Part shown: one piece after another, positions 25,680 through 38,865 of the stretch | Layout: each line of letters opens with the position of its first letter | Numbering within the stretch: position 1 is the stretch's first letter | NCBI GenBank assembly: GCA_028023455.1 | Contig: JAQFVV010000006.1 | Location: 1,612,001 to 1,676,000 of the forward strand | Direction: 5' to 3' | Source: Epiperipatus broadwayi | Taxonomy: Eukaryota > Animalia > Onychophora | Length of the DNA stretch: 64,000 bases | Program-made: the position numbers and the translations under genes | The notes under the pieces: generated by a model | The model's input: only the letters and a program-made list of their open reading frames with translations | Database searches by the model: none | What the model was told of the DNA's origin: nothing

Positions 25680-27150
25680 TGTTACGGACACAGAAGATAC
25701 TTATAGAAACATTGATTCTTACATACCTTTGGGAGATGACTCTAAATCAACCCCTCGCGCCACTCTCAGAAGGAAATTTAACTCTCCCCCCGAAAGGATA
25801 TGCAAGTTCAAATAACATTAGGGCATATATGCCGATAAATAATTATTCATATAAAAATAATAAATAAACATCCTTGTGAAAATAAAGATTTAGGACCCGG
25901 TAAGAAGGTATCCCATTCGCTAGCTCAGCGTACTCTTATACTCAGTTAAAAGAATGGGGATCGGAAAACTCGCATAACTAATTCATATGGGGGTTAGAGG
26001 AAGTAAATGATAAAACAAAATAAAATATATGGCAGTAGTCACTTCAGAATTATAATATCTTTTATTAAGCCAATATCCCCTACCATTTATAACATAAATA
26101 TAAAATCAAAGTTCCCAAATTGAATAAATATATAACGAAATCATACACATAAATCATTTTTATAAAACAAATTAGAAGCATATGGAAATACTTGTCGAAA
26201 TAATTGTTAAACTAAATAAAGGAATTTCTTTCTTAATAATAATAGTATATTAAATAATTAATATGGGAGATATAGTGCTCTGTGGATTATAAACTCACAC
26301 GTGTATTAAACAAATAAGGAAAAATTAATGTTACATACAAGATGTATTGGTTTGCGTATTTACATAAACATATTTATGAAATGGGTATTAACTTGTTGTA
26401 AAATAAACACACACATACAAAAATATATTAGTATACCCGACAAAGTTTGTAGGCTTCGTCCTTCTATGGGCTTTGGGTGGGTGGTCTATCTGTTCATCGG
26501 CTGCAACAAAGGCTGGACTTGACGGTGGTACAAGTTCGTAGAATTAGTCATCATCACTTTTGTGTTTGGTGATCTCGGCCTTTACATTATGTTGGGACGG
26601 CAGGAGCGAAGCTGGACAGATGCGCTGAAGTGGGCTTCTACTCCATAATCATTTTATATGCAGGCGAATGCTTGATTGGCATCTTTAAGTTGGAGAGATG
26701 GATATTAAACAGGATATTAAACCCTATAGATCATCCTTTTTTGTTTTGTGAATCCTAGGTAGGTTAACTGCAGGCTTCGACTGCTAGATTAATTGAATGA
26801 TGGCCTGGATTAATGTCCGTTGATTTAGAATGACGGAATGAGCATTACTTCTTTTTCCTTTGATTAGAATAAATCTTCCGGCTTATAAGGTATCAGAATC
26901 AGCATGATTAAAAAGTTGCATGACTTCGCGTGTTTCCCAGAAAGCATTAGGTTCCCAAAATTAGAAATAGGCTCCCAACAAGATTTGCCTTTTTAATAGC
27001 AAGACAAAAGTGAACTGCTCTCTTTGAAAACTCAAAGGTAAAACTGCCCTCTTCGAAAAGTGAAGGTCAACTGCCCTGTCACAACTTCAGAACAGATCTC
27101 CCACGACAATACAATCTCAATTCAGGTATCCCCTCCACGACACCAAAAAT
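25680..27150 (-). mobile_element. Possible LTR-retrotransposon 3' relic
   Basis: Locally more CpG- and GC-rich. Minus-strand Pro-rich peptide ending ...HPPKAHRRTKPTNFVGY is reminiscent of gypsy pol ends, and TGTTA at 25680 could be an LTR edge. No diagnostic domain seen. Confidence 0.35.
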
Positions 27151-29299
27151 TAAATAATTGAATCTTATTGAATTGGTTTTAGTTTTACTAATTGGTTTAG
27201 CCGATTCGTAGAACATTCCAATGTAATCGCCCAAGTGATCTCAAAAATTTTATTTCCAATTAGTTTTATTTATATCCATTCAGATCTCAATATCTCTGAT
27301 GACAATTTCAATAAATGGTAAATATGTTTTTACTTTTTTATTATTTCCAATATCACAATTGAAGTTTTTTTTTTAACCAAAAAAAAGTGTTTTACATAAC
27401 TTGAACATTCCTCTCTCCACACATTATCACAAGTTTAATTAAACTTTTTTTGTCCAGTTAAAATTATTTTAGAGTGGACAGGAAACCAGAATGCCTTTAG
27501 GCTTTTTCTAAATTTAAGACAATGCTCCCCCTCCCTCGCTCAAATGCAACTGAAGAGAAAAATATCCATTACAACTTCGATTTTGAAATTATTTTCAAAT
27601 ATTTTTAAATAATAGTATGTTAAATTCTCTCTCTTACATTGATTATAAGCACTCACACAAAAAATAAATAAATACGTACTGACAAATTGTAAATAAACGT
27701 GTTAGCATTTCTTTTAACAAACAAAACAAAAAATTTCAAAATTATAATTCCATTTTGGAGTTCCTTTCTCTTTAAAAAAAATAAATAAAAATAAACAAAA
27801 ATCAAATTACAAATTCATATTTCTAAGGCTTTAAATATCGGCTTTTAAACGTATGTGTGTGTGTGAGTTTATATTATCGCCACAGTTCTCTCTCTCAATT
27901 TATAACAAATATTGATTATATAAATTGTATAACCCCCCTCCCCCTAATGGCTATTTAAATATTTTAGACCATTTTTTCATTTAACCTTAACTTGTGCTTG
28001 GCCACATCAAACGTGCCTGGCACAATATATATAAAAGAAATTAAAACTATGTCCATTATATTGATTACTGCCTATGTCAGCTTTTTGTCATAGACAAAAA
28101 TGTCCAGTCTTATTGTAATCTAGATCAAACACCACTTTAGCACCAAACTATGCAATTACCAGTTCAATGATTTTTACACTGTCTTTATAGGTCATATTGA
28201 GCCTAATTTAGTGCTTAATATCAAACAAGTTGTTTTGCAAAATATATTTAAAGTTCGCATTAATTTTAATTAAAAAGTTTTTTTTATATAGTTTTTACAA
28301 ATGCTTGTAATCATGATAGATATTTTGTTACTAAATGAAATTAAATATTTAACTTTTATTATGTTAATGACATTTCGGATAGCAAAACCTGAAATAAATG
28401 TTTTTTATTTGCTTACCAATTTTTTTTATTTTGGTACTGAAATTTTTTATGAAGGGTGGTGATGGTGCAGAGAAATTTTGATATTTTTTGGCTGGTACAC
28501 GGAACCCAAGGTGAGTGCCACTGTAATTTAATCTACGACTGCCAAATTCATATATTCACACATTTGTCGACATCCTCTTTAGCTAAATTGTTTGTTTATT
28601 ACTAATTGTATTAAGCTAGAAATAAATGATCAGTTATATTCATTAATGTATTATTTATTTAATGAGGATGCTGTCAAATGTAGGACTCCACACCCGTTAA
28701 AACTTTAACATGTCAGAGTAGGAGGGCATACATTTGCCATTTCCCCGTGAAAATGGCAATGTCTGGTTTTATCCTACATGCTGACCTGTACTGCACCATC
28801 ACCATCATCCTAGGAGTGGACGATGTTCTCACCACTGGCCAACTGCAAGAAGATTGCGAATAAGTCAACTGTCTATCCAGATATCCAAATAAATAGCTAA
28901 TTCACCTGCTGCCCAATGTGACAAAAGAACAAGCTGCAATCAAGAAGCTCGGTAATATTATTTCCAACACTGCAGAACTCAGTCAACTCCTAAATCTTTA
29001 AACCTTCAAATCTCTTAAGCTAGCTTATGTAATGTAAATTGAATGTTCATTATTAATTACTGTTTAAAGTAGTAAAATATAAACTGTATAAAGCTTGCCT
29101 GAAACCATCTTCGTAAATTTTGTTTTTCTAAATTATAATAATTGTAATCAGTTATTTATCTAAATCCTTTTAATAATGCGGTTACACCTATATATTGTTT
29201 TAACTATTTACCTAAAATTTATTTTATATTTGTTAGGATATGCCAAGTATTTTGAAACAGTGAGCATTGTAATTTTAGTAAACTTTTAACGGAGACATG

Positions 29300-31090
29300 A
29301 TTATTAATATCTCCATTTTAATATTTTAATAATGCTGTTTAGCCCACTAGAGCACTGTTTCAAAATCCTATTATGTCAGATAATAACTGATTGCTATGCG
29401 CTTATTATTATCGATCATTTTAAGATTTACATTATCTTATATCTATTATGGTTTGCGTAGCCAGATTTATACATTATAACTTTTAGTATCTATTACTCAG
29501 AAGTAATAGACTAGCCTTTAGAGATGATATTAAAGTATATTTCTTAATGTCTTATTGATTCCCAGTAAATATACTTCTCCTCCTTAAATTATGATTAAAG
29601 ATGCAGATTTAGTATATTCTAGATGAGATTAATAATTAAGTTTAGTCCGTTAAGATAGCATAATTATGATGCTACTTTTAAGAAATGGGTTCTGTTAGCT
29701 TTACAGATAGATACTATCTGTTTTTAGGCGCAATTAATTTTAAATATACATATTTGTATTTTACTTTTGCATTGCGGAATACACATTTGTACATTTACAT
29801 CTTGCTGCACTTTTTAATGGGCTCATGGTGTCAGGTTGTTCCCATATATTAGTTCAGGTAAGGCTATATTTTTGTTAGAACTGGAACACGTGGGTCCAGA
29901 CCATTTATATTAAGTCTATCTGAGTTCCTGAACTTACATGTTCGTATATTAATTGTAGCAAGTCGTCAGGTCCTAGGGTACCACACATTTTGATGCAAAA
30001 TCCCGTGAATAAATACCCATCTGCACCACAAACTTGTTCCTAATATTTTAGTCAGAGCTATAGCATATATATGTGGATTTAAGGTAACCAGTTCTTTCTA
30101 CATGTTAATAACTGTTCAGTAATTGTATGAAAACAGAATCTTTGGTTATTAGACTAAATCTGTATCTTCCCCGAGCTTAATTAGATGCTCAATTTTAATA
30201 TACATATATCCTAGCAGCCATCTCTATTGGTAATCTATCTTGGGCTAGAATATGCACTTTGTAAAATTTGTAAACCACGATATAAGAATAGGTTTGGCAT
30301 AACTTTGTTAGCCGCACACACACCTACCTATTAAAATATGTTAAGATGAGATCGCTGCAACATTTTAATCTCATCCACTATGTAATGCCTGTGTGCATTT
30401 GATCCCTCATATTACTTATTGTAAACCTAATTGTTTTCATTTTATTTTTTAAAATTTATTTTATTAATAAACCTATTTAAAATTTAACCTCATTTCATAT
30501 CTTCTTGCTAGCAATCCAAATTCCAATTCCATTAATATTTTATATGTTGAATATGCATTATAATTACTAGTATTAACTTCAGTTTAATTAGTTATTAGCA
30601 TGTATTAGTCTATTTAGAAACTCTCTTAGTCCTTATTTAGTCAATTTATGGAGTCTCATGTCTCTCCCTGTTCGGAGCCGTCTTGTAGAAGAAATTGAAA
30701 CCCACGTGTAACCTAAGAAATGTCATTCATAATTTGTTGAATCATGGAGTACTGGTAAATATATTGAGGTTTGGTCGGACTTGGGATCTTGCCATCTCAT
30801 TTCTTTCAGCTTTAATGTATTTTACCTGGGCTCTGGGTTTTGTTACATGAATGTACCAATCTGACCGTTACAAATGATAGACCATATATTACTTCGGAAT
30901 AAATATTCTGCTGTAATATATCTATACAATTTATATTATAGACATTTATTTTCGCTATATATATGCGGTGTCACATGCAGCCATGTTGGCATCTTATGAA
31001 CGGTATACTGTTTAAGGAATTAAACCTGGTACAGATAGAGGTGTAGTGGTAAATAGGTGAAATGTATATCATGAAGGAAATATACTGTTT
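29300..31090 (-). mobile_element. Unidentified degraded coding relic (possibly gypsy integrase)
   Basis: Fragments GILHQNVWYPRT and LPELIYGNNLTP loosely resemble integrase motifs. Many stops. Confidence 0.25.
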
Positions 31091-31099
31091 CAATATAGA

Positions 31100-31207
31100 T
31101 AGCTAATTATTACGATGTAATTGATATGTCAATCTTACTGCCGTCACAACTTTTAGCTAATTATTACGATGTAATTGATATGTCAATCTTACTGCGGTCA
31201 CAACTTT
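31100..31207. repeat. 54-bp tandem duplication (one mismatch)
   Basis: 31100-31153 vs 31154-31207. Confidence 0.9.
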
Positions 31208-31462
31208 GATATGAACCACTTAATGGAAGTATATTAATACTTTTTATTAGTCATTTATTAGACTAGAGATTATCTACTTAATGAATAATATTTGTGGAGG
31301 GTAATTTTCTCTACAATGCTCTCATGCAAGGTAGGGACTCGTTTCCGTCTGCTTTTTATATTTCGTGGAGGAGTATAATCATAAACATAGGATGAAAGAC
31401 ATGAAAAAGATGTACGATCCCCAGATGCACATTTCGTGGTGAATCAGCACTCATCAGTTGGG
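31150..31462 (-). mobile_element. Family C HHR repeat, truncated just 5' of the ribozyme
   Basis: Body matches 49890-50148 and 40700-40880. HHR at 31419-31462 reads CCCAA CUGAUGA GUGCUG auu CACCAC GAAA UGUGCA UC UGGGG. Confidence 0.75.
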
Positions 31463-31944
31463 AGTAATATATTTAAAAGCAGTTTTCTTTTTAAACTACT
31501 TGCGTTTTTACTTAAGTATGAAATATTTAAAATGCTTAGAAATTTTATAAATCAACTAGTCATTTAAATTACTTCATTGTATTGATTAATAAATAATAAA
31601 AAAAATACAATTTCGTAACCAAATTGTTATATTTATGTATTATTAATCAAATTATTTATTTATTAAGAAAATTTATTATTAATCAAATCTTGCTGTTGAA
31701 ACAAATTGTGTTCTTTGAAGTTAAATGCTGTCAAGAATTTGAATACATTTTCTTTAATGATTTCTCAAAAGTAGTTTTATTTACATTCGAGTTTTCATGT
31801 ACACATATTATTTAATTAAACAAGTGCTGCGATATAGATGAAAAAGGATCACGTAATAATCAAATTAATACTATTATATAAATTATTTAATATATGAATT
31901 TTTTCTACAGTATAGGCTTTTTCATACCTGCACTTCAACATGTA

Positions 31945-32130
31945 ATTTATAGGGGGTTTGAACTCAGACTTTCACATGACCTCAACTATCCATGCTATCT
32001 CATGCTGCTGACACACTTGATCACACATGTGAAAGTCTGAGTTCAAACCCATGCTTGTGATCAGGTATGTCAGCAGTATGAGATAGCATGGATAGTTGAG
32101 GGTCCACGTAACCTCCATATAACATGTTGA
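31945..32130. mobile_element. Fold-back of family B 3' ends (no HHR core retained)
   Basis: ctcaactatccatgctatctcatgctgctgac vs gtcagcagtatgagatagcatggatagttgag. Matches 34320-34395. Confidence 0.7.
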
Positions 32131-34074
32131 ATAAGGTCCTAAAAATGTCATGTTATGCGGATTTACGTTAGGTTGCAAAAGTTAAACAAAAAAAAAACTA
32201 CACTATTTGCATTTTATAATTAAGAGTTCTAATGATATGAAATGTCTTTTAAGAAGTACTTTTTTAACTTCCGGCAGACATTGTTTTGGACTACAAATTA
32301 ATTCACAAAACAAGAAATATTTAACATTTCTTACAATGATCCAATAATGCATACGAGAAACTTTTTAATCTATGTAGTAAAAAGAAGAAAACGGTGAAAA
32401 TCTTAAAGAATTAATATTCCATGAACAAAATATATTTAAAATCCTAATGAATCTAAAATTATGTATGACATCTCACATAATAAAAGTGCTTGAATGACAA
32501 ATATGGTCAGATATAATGTTTGTTCTTAAAAACTCTTGTCATATCTCTTGTTGTACAGTAATTTCCCTAATTGTCAAAACTAATGCCATATTATAGGGGG
32601 AGTTGCTCCAAAATCTTAGAAGGAAACTGTTATAGGAATGCCATGTTATAAGGGGATAATCCATAATTCTCGAACTGTGTTAGAGTTAAGCCATGTTATA
32701 GGAATGCTTTGTTATACAGGGGCTGCCTGTATTTAAATAGAATTATATATATATGAATCTTTATTTTCCATACTCTTCTTAGGCAAACAAACGAACGAAC
32801 AAAAAAAAAACGTCATTTGGTAAACAATTATTAATGCATCCAATTCCTTATATTTGCTTGTCACTTGATTCAGTTCTGGTCTTAAACAGGCTTGGAATTT
32901 TTTATCTTTCATAAATAACCTAATTAACTATTTATTATTGATCGATAAATTTAGATTTATTAGCTAGAGTAAAGATTTTGATTAATCTGATGATCTTATG
33001 GTGTAATGCTTAATGCATCTCCCATCTGTGATTGTAATCTTCAGTTTGAATCTGAGTAATTTTAGAAAAAGATTTTCAGATCCTGTGCAAGCTTAGATTT
33101 TTTCTAATAGATAATTAGCCTGAAGCTGACTTAATTGGCCAATGAATAAATAAATACGTAGCCATTAGTAGCTAAAAAATGAAGATCCCAGGTTAATTTG
33201 GATTTGTTTTGATGATTGATGATATGCCAAAAGTAAAAATAAAAATGCAATTTAAATAGTTACCAATGTTGGAGGAAGTCTTGTACACTTTACGTATGCT
33301 GAAAGCATGGTTTACTGTTTTGTGGCATTTTGATGCTACCATGAATGCGAACTCCACTCGATGTTGTGGTCATCAATTTTTTTTTAAATTCTCTAATATA
33401 TTATTTATACATCAGCGCAGTTTAACTTGTAACCACAGATGTGTCCAGCTGATTTTTCAGACAAAAATTTCCAACTTGTTGCAATTACAAATCATCATAA
33501 AAATATATTTTGTGAATGATGATATTTTTAATCTCTTTAACTTCATAAAGCTGTCGTGCTCTAAATTTGTTACTAAATTAGCACATCCTCTGTATGGTGT
33601 AGAAGCAAATTTTAAATGCCTCATATTACAATCTTATGCCTTAAAAACCACCTAGTAATCAAATCTAAAGCCATATTGCAACTTTCATTATATTCGCAAC
33701 ATAATATTTTGGTTTTCCCCCTTGGTACTGGAGGCTTTAGTTTGAGAATCCAACTAATAACTAAACTCTGTAAGCTCATCTTGGTATCTATGCTATGGTC
33801 ACTGTGATAATATAGAGTTACCTTATGCAAGGGTTATTCAAATCCAATCTATTCAATACGTTTTATTTTTATTATTATATTTATGTAACTGTTTTATTCT
33901 GCCGACAGTCATGTTGAGTTTTTGGGAATTGCTATATGACCCTTTTTAAGATAACTTCAATTAGACTAATATAAAAATCATGAATTTTATGTTATTAAAA
34001 AATAAAATATCAAAAGGAATGTTATAAAGTGGGAAAATATAGTCATTATACATGTAAAATAAAATAAAAAGAAT

Positions 34075-34191
34075 CAAGCGTTGTTAGCCGAGAGATCAGC
34101 ACAGCCATCTTACAAGCAAGCAGTTGGTTGCAGACGATTGTTGCGGGTTCGCCTCCCTGCCGATACTATGACATATGGGAAAAAATAAAAA
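34075..34191 (+). mobile_element. tRNA-derived SINE (family F)
   Basis: Homologous to 9338-9455. TSD aaaataaaaagaat at 34061-34074 and 34192-34205. Confidence 0.8.
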
Positions 34192-34319
34192 AAAATAAAA
34201 AGAATTTTGACATTTTAAAAATTATTATTTTCAAGTTTCTTCAGAATTTCTCAATTTAAATAGATAAATTTTAATTTAATTTTTTTAATAATAGATTTAT
34301 TACACTCCTTATAATATAT

Positions 34320-34605
34320 AGGGGGTTTGAACTCATACTTTTACACAACCCTCAACTATCCATGCTATCTCATACTGCTGATAAACTTGATCACACACAT
34401 GTCAAAAAGATAAATAATCACCAATATACATATTTTGTGCTAACCCAGCACTCGTCAGTTGGTCCAGATTATTATCTCCATACATATATACAATCAATGC
34501 TCAACTTTATATTAAGATAGCCAATCTTCATACTTTAATGGTCTGGCTTCAAATTACTTCACCCCACAACTCTTCAACTGTCCATTTCATTGAAAATCTG
34601 ACGAA
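34320..34605 (-). mobile_element. Family B HHR repeat (HHR 34421-34462, G12A lesion)
   Basis: CCAA CUGACGA GUGCUG ggu UAGCAC AAAA UAUGUA UA UUGG. Confidence 0.78.
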
Positions 34606-37600
34606 AATGACATTAAACATGACCTACCTATAACTAACCACTAGTTCAAAACGTCAGAAAATAGAGTAATTGATGTCTTTCCTTTATTCCAAGAAACCTT
34701 ATAAGAGATTTTTCCTTGCTGTACAATAAATGTAAGTAAGGTAATAGAGTGAATAAATTAGTCTAAATACTGTTTAGGCTGTAAATGACTCAAAATTTTT
34801 AGTGCAATGTCGATTATTAACACTAACAATAATATTCTTTTTTATTACCTGCCTTATTTTTCATGTTGTGAAAAAGATTCCATTTTTTAGGTAGAATCTA
34901 CAATTAAAATTAAGCCATTAATATAAAATAATTTCTTACAAGTAATGAAATGTTATTGTAACCATGCAGTAAAATAAACATATCACAGAACATTCGTATT
35001 CAAATATGGGATTGTTTTGTAATAAGATTATAATTCTAAACATTACATATTTAAGCAGTAGTAAAAGTTATTTATGTGCTGTTGAAATTATTAATTTAAA
35101 AATAAGATCACCTTAATCATGCTTGTTGCTGTTTTCTTTTAATTAGCAGAATGAACTCTTGAGGCATGTTGAAAGCAGGATTGTAGATTTCCCTCCCAAG
35201 CAGACACCAACCTCAGAACTGCTTAGAGATTGAATCCTTTAGATAAGGCCAAATCAGATAAATAGTAGAAAATTTTGACAAGCGATTGAAAAATAGTGCA
35301 CTGAAGAGAATTGATTAGTATATATAGTACATCTTACCTAAAGAATGACGGGGTAAAAAGATCAGCCGTTGCTTTCTGGAGCTCTGTTCCTCCAGCTCAT
35401 CAATCACAACACCTAGCCCAAGACTGTACTGTGTCAAGGAAGCCTGCTAAATGATCTGATTTTATAACTGCCTGTTTCTACTGATTGGTTCTGAGGTAAC
35501 CTCCAATTTGCCGCAAGTCTCCGATTCTAGCTTACTTTTTCTAAGTCAATATTAATTTATATTATATATATCTGTAATGTTAATACAAATTAATTTTAAA
35601 ATGCGTCTTTTAAATTTTTTTTTCTTAAATTTAAAAAAATCAATTCTTATAAAATTCTCACATTATTTTGATGCGGCAAATTTAAATTAATTTTTGTTGG
35701 TTTATTTATAACATTGACTTATTGAAATTGCCAAGTATAAAACTCAACTAGCAACTAACTTTAAACCCTCTTCCTCTTATTTTCTCCAGTTAAAAATCAT
35801 TACAGGAGACTTATTTCCGTTAAATTAATTAATTAAGAAAGCTCATTTAGTTTTGTACCTCTTATATTATAAACTTATTTTAAATGATTGAAATTATTTT
35901 AAAAGTCAGATGTGGTATTATTACCTCCAATTTAAAATTGCCCTCATAATTTTTTTCTGAAAGAATAAAGAATTTTAGTAAATCAGTTAAGTAAAATCTA
36001 TCACAATTTCTGTAAAACAAATGTCTTAAAAAAAAATCATTGAAAGCACATTCATCATAGCATTTTATCAGTATATGTCTCACACACATATATTTTATTT
36101 GTCAGTAAAATAGTCAAATTGCGAGGTATAATTTATTATGCTGTCTATTGTCAAACTTCACCAGAAGTGAGTTTGATATTTAATGTCCAGTCTGTTTATG
36201 GTAATTAAAAGACTGTCTTATTTTGTAATCTTCCATTGATGAATTATTTGATAACGTACCAATACATGAAATACTTAGAAAGTGTGGAAGACAATTTATT
36301 CAAAGTTTAGTTTTAATGCTTACCTTTCCTTTTTATATTATACTTTATGATCCATTCTCTAATGGCCCAAGGTTTCTGGGGACTTTTTATTACGTCAGGG
36401 AGCCGATTATTTTAATCAGGAATTAAGTTATTATGATCGTTAGTGAGCCATTATATATATATGTCTGGGGCATTATGTAATTTATAGTTACAACTATTTC
36501 TTTATTATTGTTCTTGCTTTGCTAATTACCTCTTAGGACCTTCGGAATTTTAAATATGACCAGTCCAACCTTTTACTCTCCCTCAAAGTACACATTATTT
36601 CCTACTAAGGGACCATTTTCAGGCATTGCCATTAAGGTGTGTATGGGAAGGCCAGCACGTCAAATTTATTATTATTATTCGGAGACATGTTTTGGCGGGA
36701 GGGCCAACATTTCTCTTATCTACCTGTATATATCAGGGATTTCTTTTAGCAAAGTCACCCAGAGGTTCATAACAGACCTCATTTATTCTTGTGTTGTAAT
36801 CTATATCATACTGCCTTTATCATTATATATATTTACAAACCTGAAATGCTCTCTGCCATGATGGCATGTCTTTCACCAATCAACCCAGTTAATTAGTAAT
36901 TGTTATTTATTTCAGATGAACTATTTTGCTTCCCCTACTCATTACATACAACTGATTTAAATGTAATAGTGTTTTAAATACACATCAATCATGTCTTGTT
37001 ATTTATGTATAAAATAGATTTATTTGTAATCTTTTAAAGAGGGCTAATGATATTTTATTGCTATTGGTTCTTGGCAGACCAATTAACAAATTTGTACTTT
37101 GTTATCAAATGCCTTGCATTTAGCCACATCAAAACAAATTCAAGAAGTATAATAAATTACCTAGTTGTATAAACAAAACTCCACTTATTTTGTATAACAA
37201 TTTCTTAATAAATTTCTGTAATATTATTTTAAATTAGCTTAGTTTGTCATCACTCCAAATCTCTAATATTAATTATCTTAGTTATTGATAATATTTCTTT
37301 GATTTAAATTCACTTCTTTGTAATGTTGTCATAAATAATTATCATTATTATGGTTCAAACCACATCTGTACTGTTCTGCAATTGTCAGAATTCACTAAAT
37401 AATTAATTTTTCATATAAACCCATTATTATTTTGAGTCTCTTTGTGAACCATGACCTCCAGCTGGGACGGAATAAAATCAAGGACTGCTAGTTTCTCCAC
37501 AAATGTTATCCATTAGTCAGAGGGGCAATAGTTCAGGCAAAGAGGTTAGGATTCACCATTCCCCTGACATCTGTATCTTGTGTATGGTTGGATTCGAGGT

Positions 37601-38381
37601 ACTTTTGCTTGGATTATTGGTCTTGTTGAATGAATACACGATTTTGACCGGCACAATATATATAATATGTATTTAGTATGTGTATTTTTCATTCATATTT
37701 ACTTCGAAAATAAAAGAAATAAAAACTTACTGGGCAGTGTCTTTTTTTATTAACAAAAAGGATAGTAAAGTTTTAGATTGTTGTTGCAATTGAATAAGCT
37801 CTGGATGATAGATTTTTTTAATAACTCTCCTCCCCCCATAAATCATTATGGCAATATCATTAATATCAAACTACACTGTCTAATTGGTTTGATGCTTTTA
37901 AGTTTTTACTGATTTCTAAATATTCTCACTTCCGATTAACTGTTTTAAATTCTTGCTTAAATCCTTGCTTTCTGATACAATTCAAAAACATTTTATAATT
38001 GTTTTTCTGTTACTATAAATGCTAGTTTTGATTTTATTATTTGAGAAAAATACTTTTTCAATTTTGTAAAACTTTTTGCTTTACATTTAGAAAACGTTTT
38101 ATTCCATGAAATATTGTACGACATTGCAAAAAAGTGAAAAGTGAATTATAAAATGTGCTTTCACAAAAACCAAATAAACGTGATCACGTATACGATGAAA
38201 AGAAAAGACTACTGCCGCATCATAACATTTATTAAATTTATGAATTTTAACATTTTTATTTTTAGTTTATTTATATATTATATAATTTTAAATCTTCTCA
38301 TTCGATAATTTAATTTATAAACCAATTAAGCGTATGTCACGCTTGAATGTGAAGCTATAATAATATACAGGAATTAATATA

Positions 38382-38422
38382 CGCTAAGCGCTTTCGAGGT
38401 CCTTTACCTCATATTCATAGCG
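38382..38422 (-). ncRNA. Variant hammerhead (A3:U8 core)
   Basis: CGCU AUGAAUA U GAGGU aaagg ACCUC GAAA GCGC UU AGCG. Confidence 0.7.
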
Positions 38423-38506
38423 ATGCTGTGAGCTGCGAAATGTAAAAAATGGAGCGGGAGAAGTGGTATGCAAAGCATATGCAAATGGGCTAAATAGTCC
38501 AAGAAG

Positions 38507-38665
38507 ACTGGACATTTATTTGAACCTTCTCACCCTAAAATAGTCTGTATCGAGAAAAACGACATTAAGCGGAAGATCAGAGAAGCGTACTACATCAATA
38601 ACAATAACAACTCTATCAATAGACGTGACACCTGCTTCGACATCTCTAAACGCTGGACTATTTAG
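38507..38665 (+). pseudogene. C-terminal fragment of a Penelope-like GIY-YIG endonuclease
   Basis: Uninterrupted TGHLFEPSHPKIVCIEKNDIKRKIREAYYINNNNNSINRRDTCFDISKRWTI*, with the H-x-F...KI...E...R-K-I-x-EA-x-x-I...N pattern of PLE endonucleases. Confidence 0.78.
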
Positions 38666-38732
38666 CCCATTTGCATATGCTTTGCATACCACTTCTCCCG
38701 CTCCATTTTTTACATTTCGCAGCTCACAGCAT

Positions 38733-38773
38733 CGCTATGAATATGAGGTAAAGGACCTCGAAAGTGCTTAGCG
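38733..38773 (+). ncRNA. Variant hammerhead (A3:U8 core), CpG-decayed stem III
   Basis: CGCU AUGAAUA U GAGGU aaagg ACCUC GAAA GUGC UU AGCG. Confidence 0.65.
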
Positions 38774-38865
38774 TATATTAATTCCTGTCTATTATTATAG
38801 CTTCACATTCAAGCGTGACATATGCTTAATTGGTTTATTTATATAATAATGTAATATAATAAGCA

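Larger units (their letters stand above)
38317..38838. mobile_element. Young Penelope-like 3' end with inverted pseudo-LTR
   Basis: 185-bp near-identical arms at 38317-38501 and 38654-38838. The spacer encodes an open GIY-YIG-like C-terminus, and each arm carries a variant HHR. Confidence 0.88.

Noticed and set aside
33260-33620. hAT transposase relic
   Set aside because: No motif could be read with confidence in any frame.
35147-35233. Possible helicase exon (QNELLRHVESRIVDFPPKQTPTSELLRD*)
   Set aside because: Superficial similarity to FLPKQ only. In-frame stop, no donor site and no SAT motif.
36150-36800. Penelope RT relic (FD/SLYTN-like words)
   Set aside because: Requires several frameshifts and is indistinguishable from chance in AT-rich DNA.
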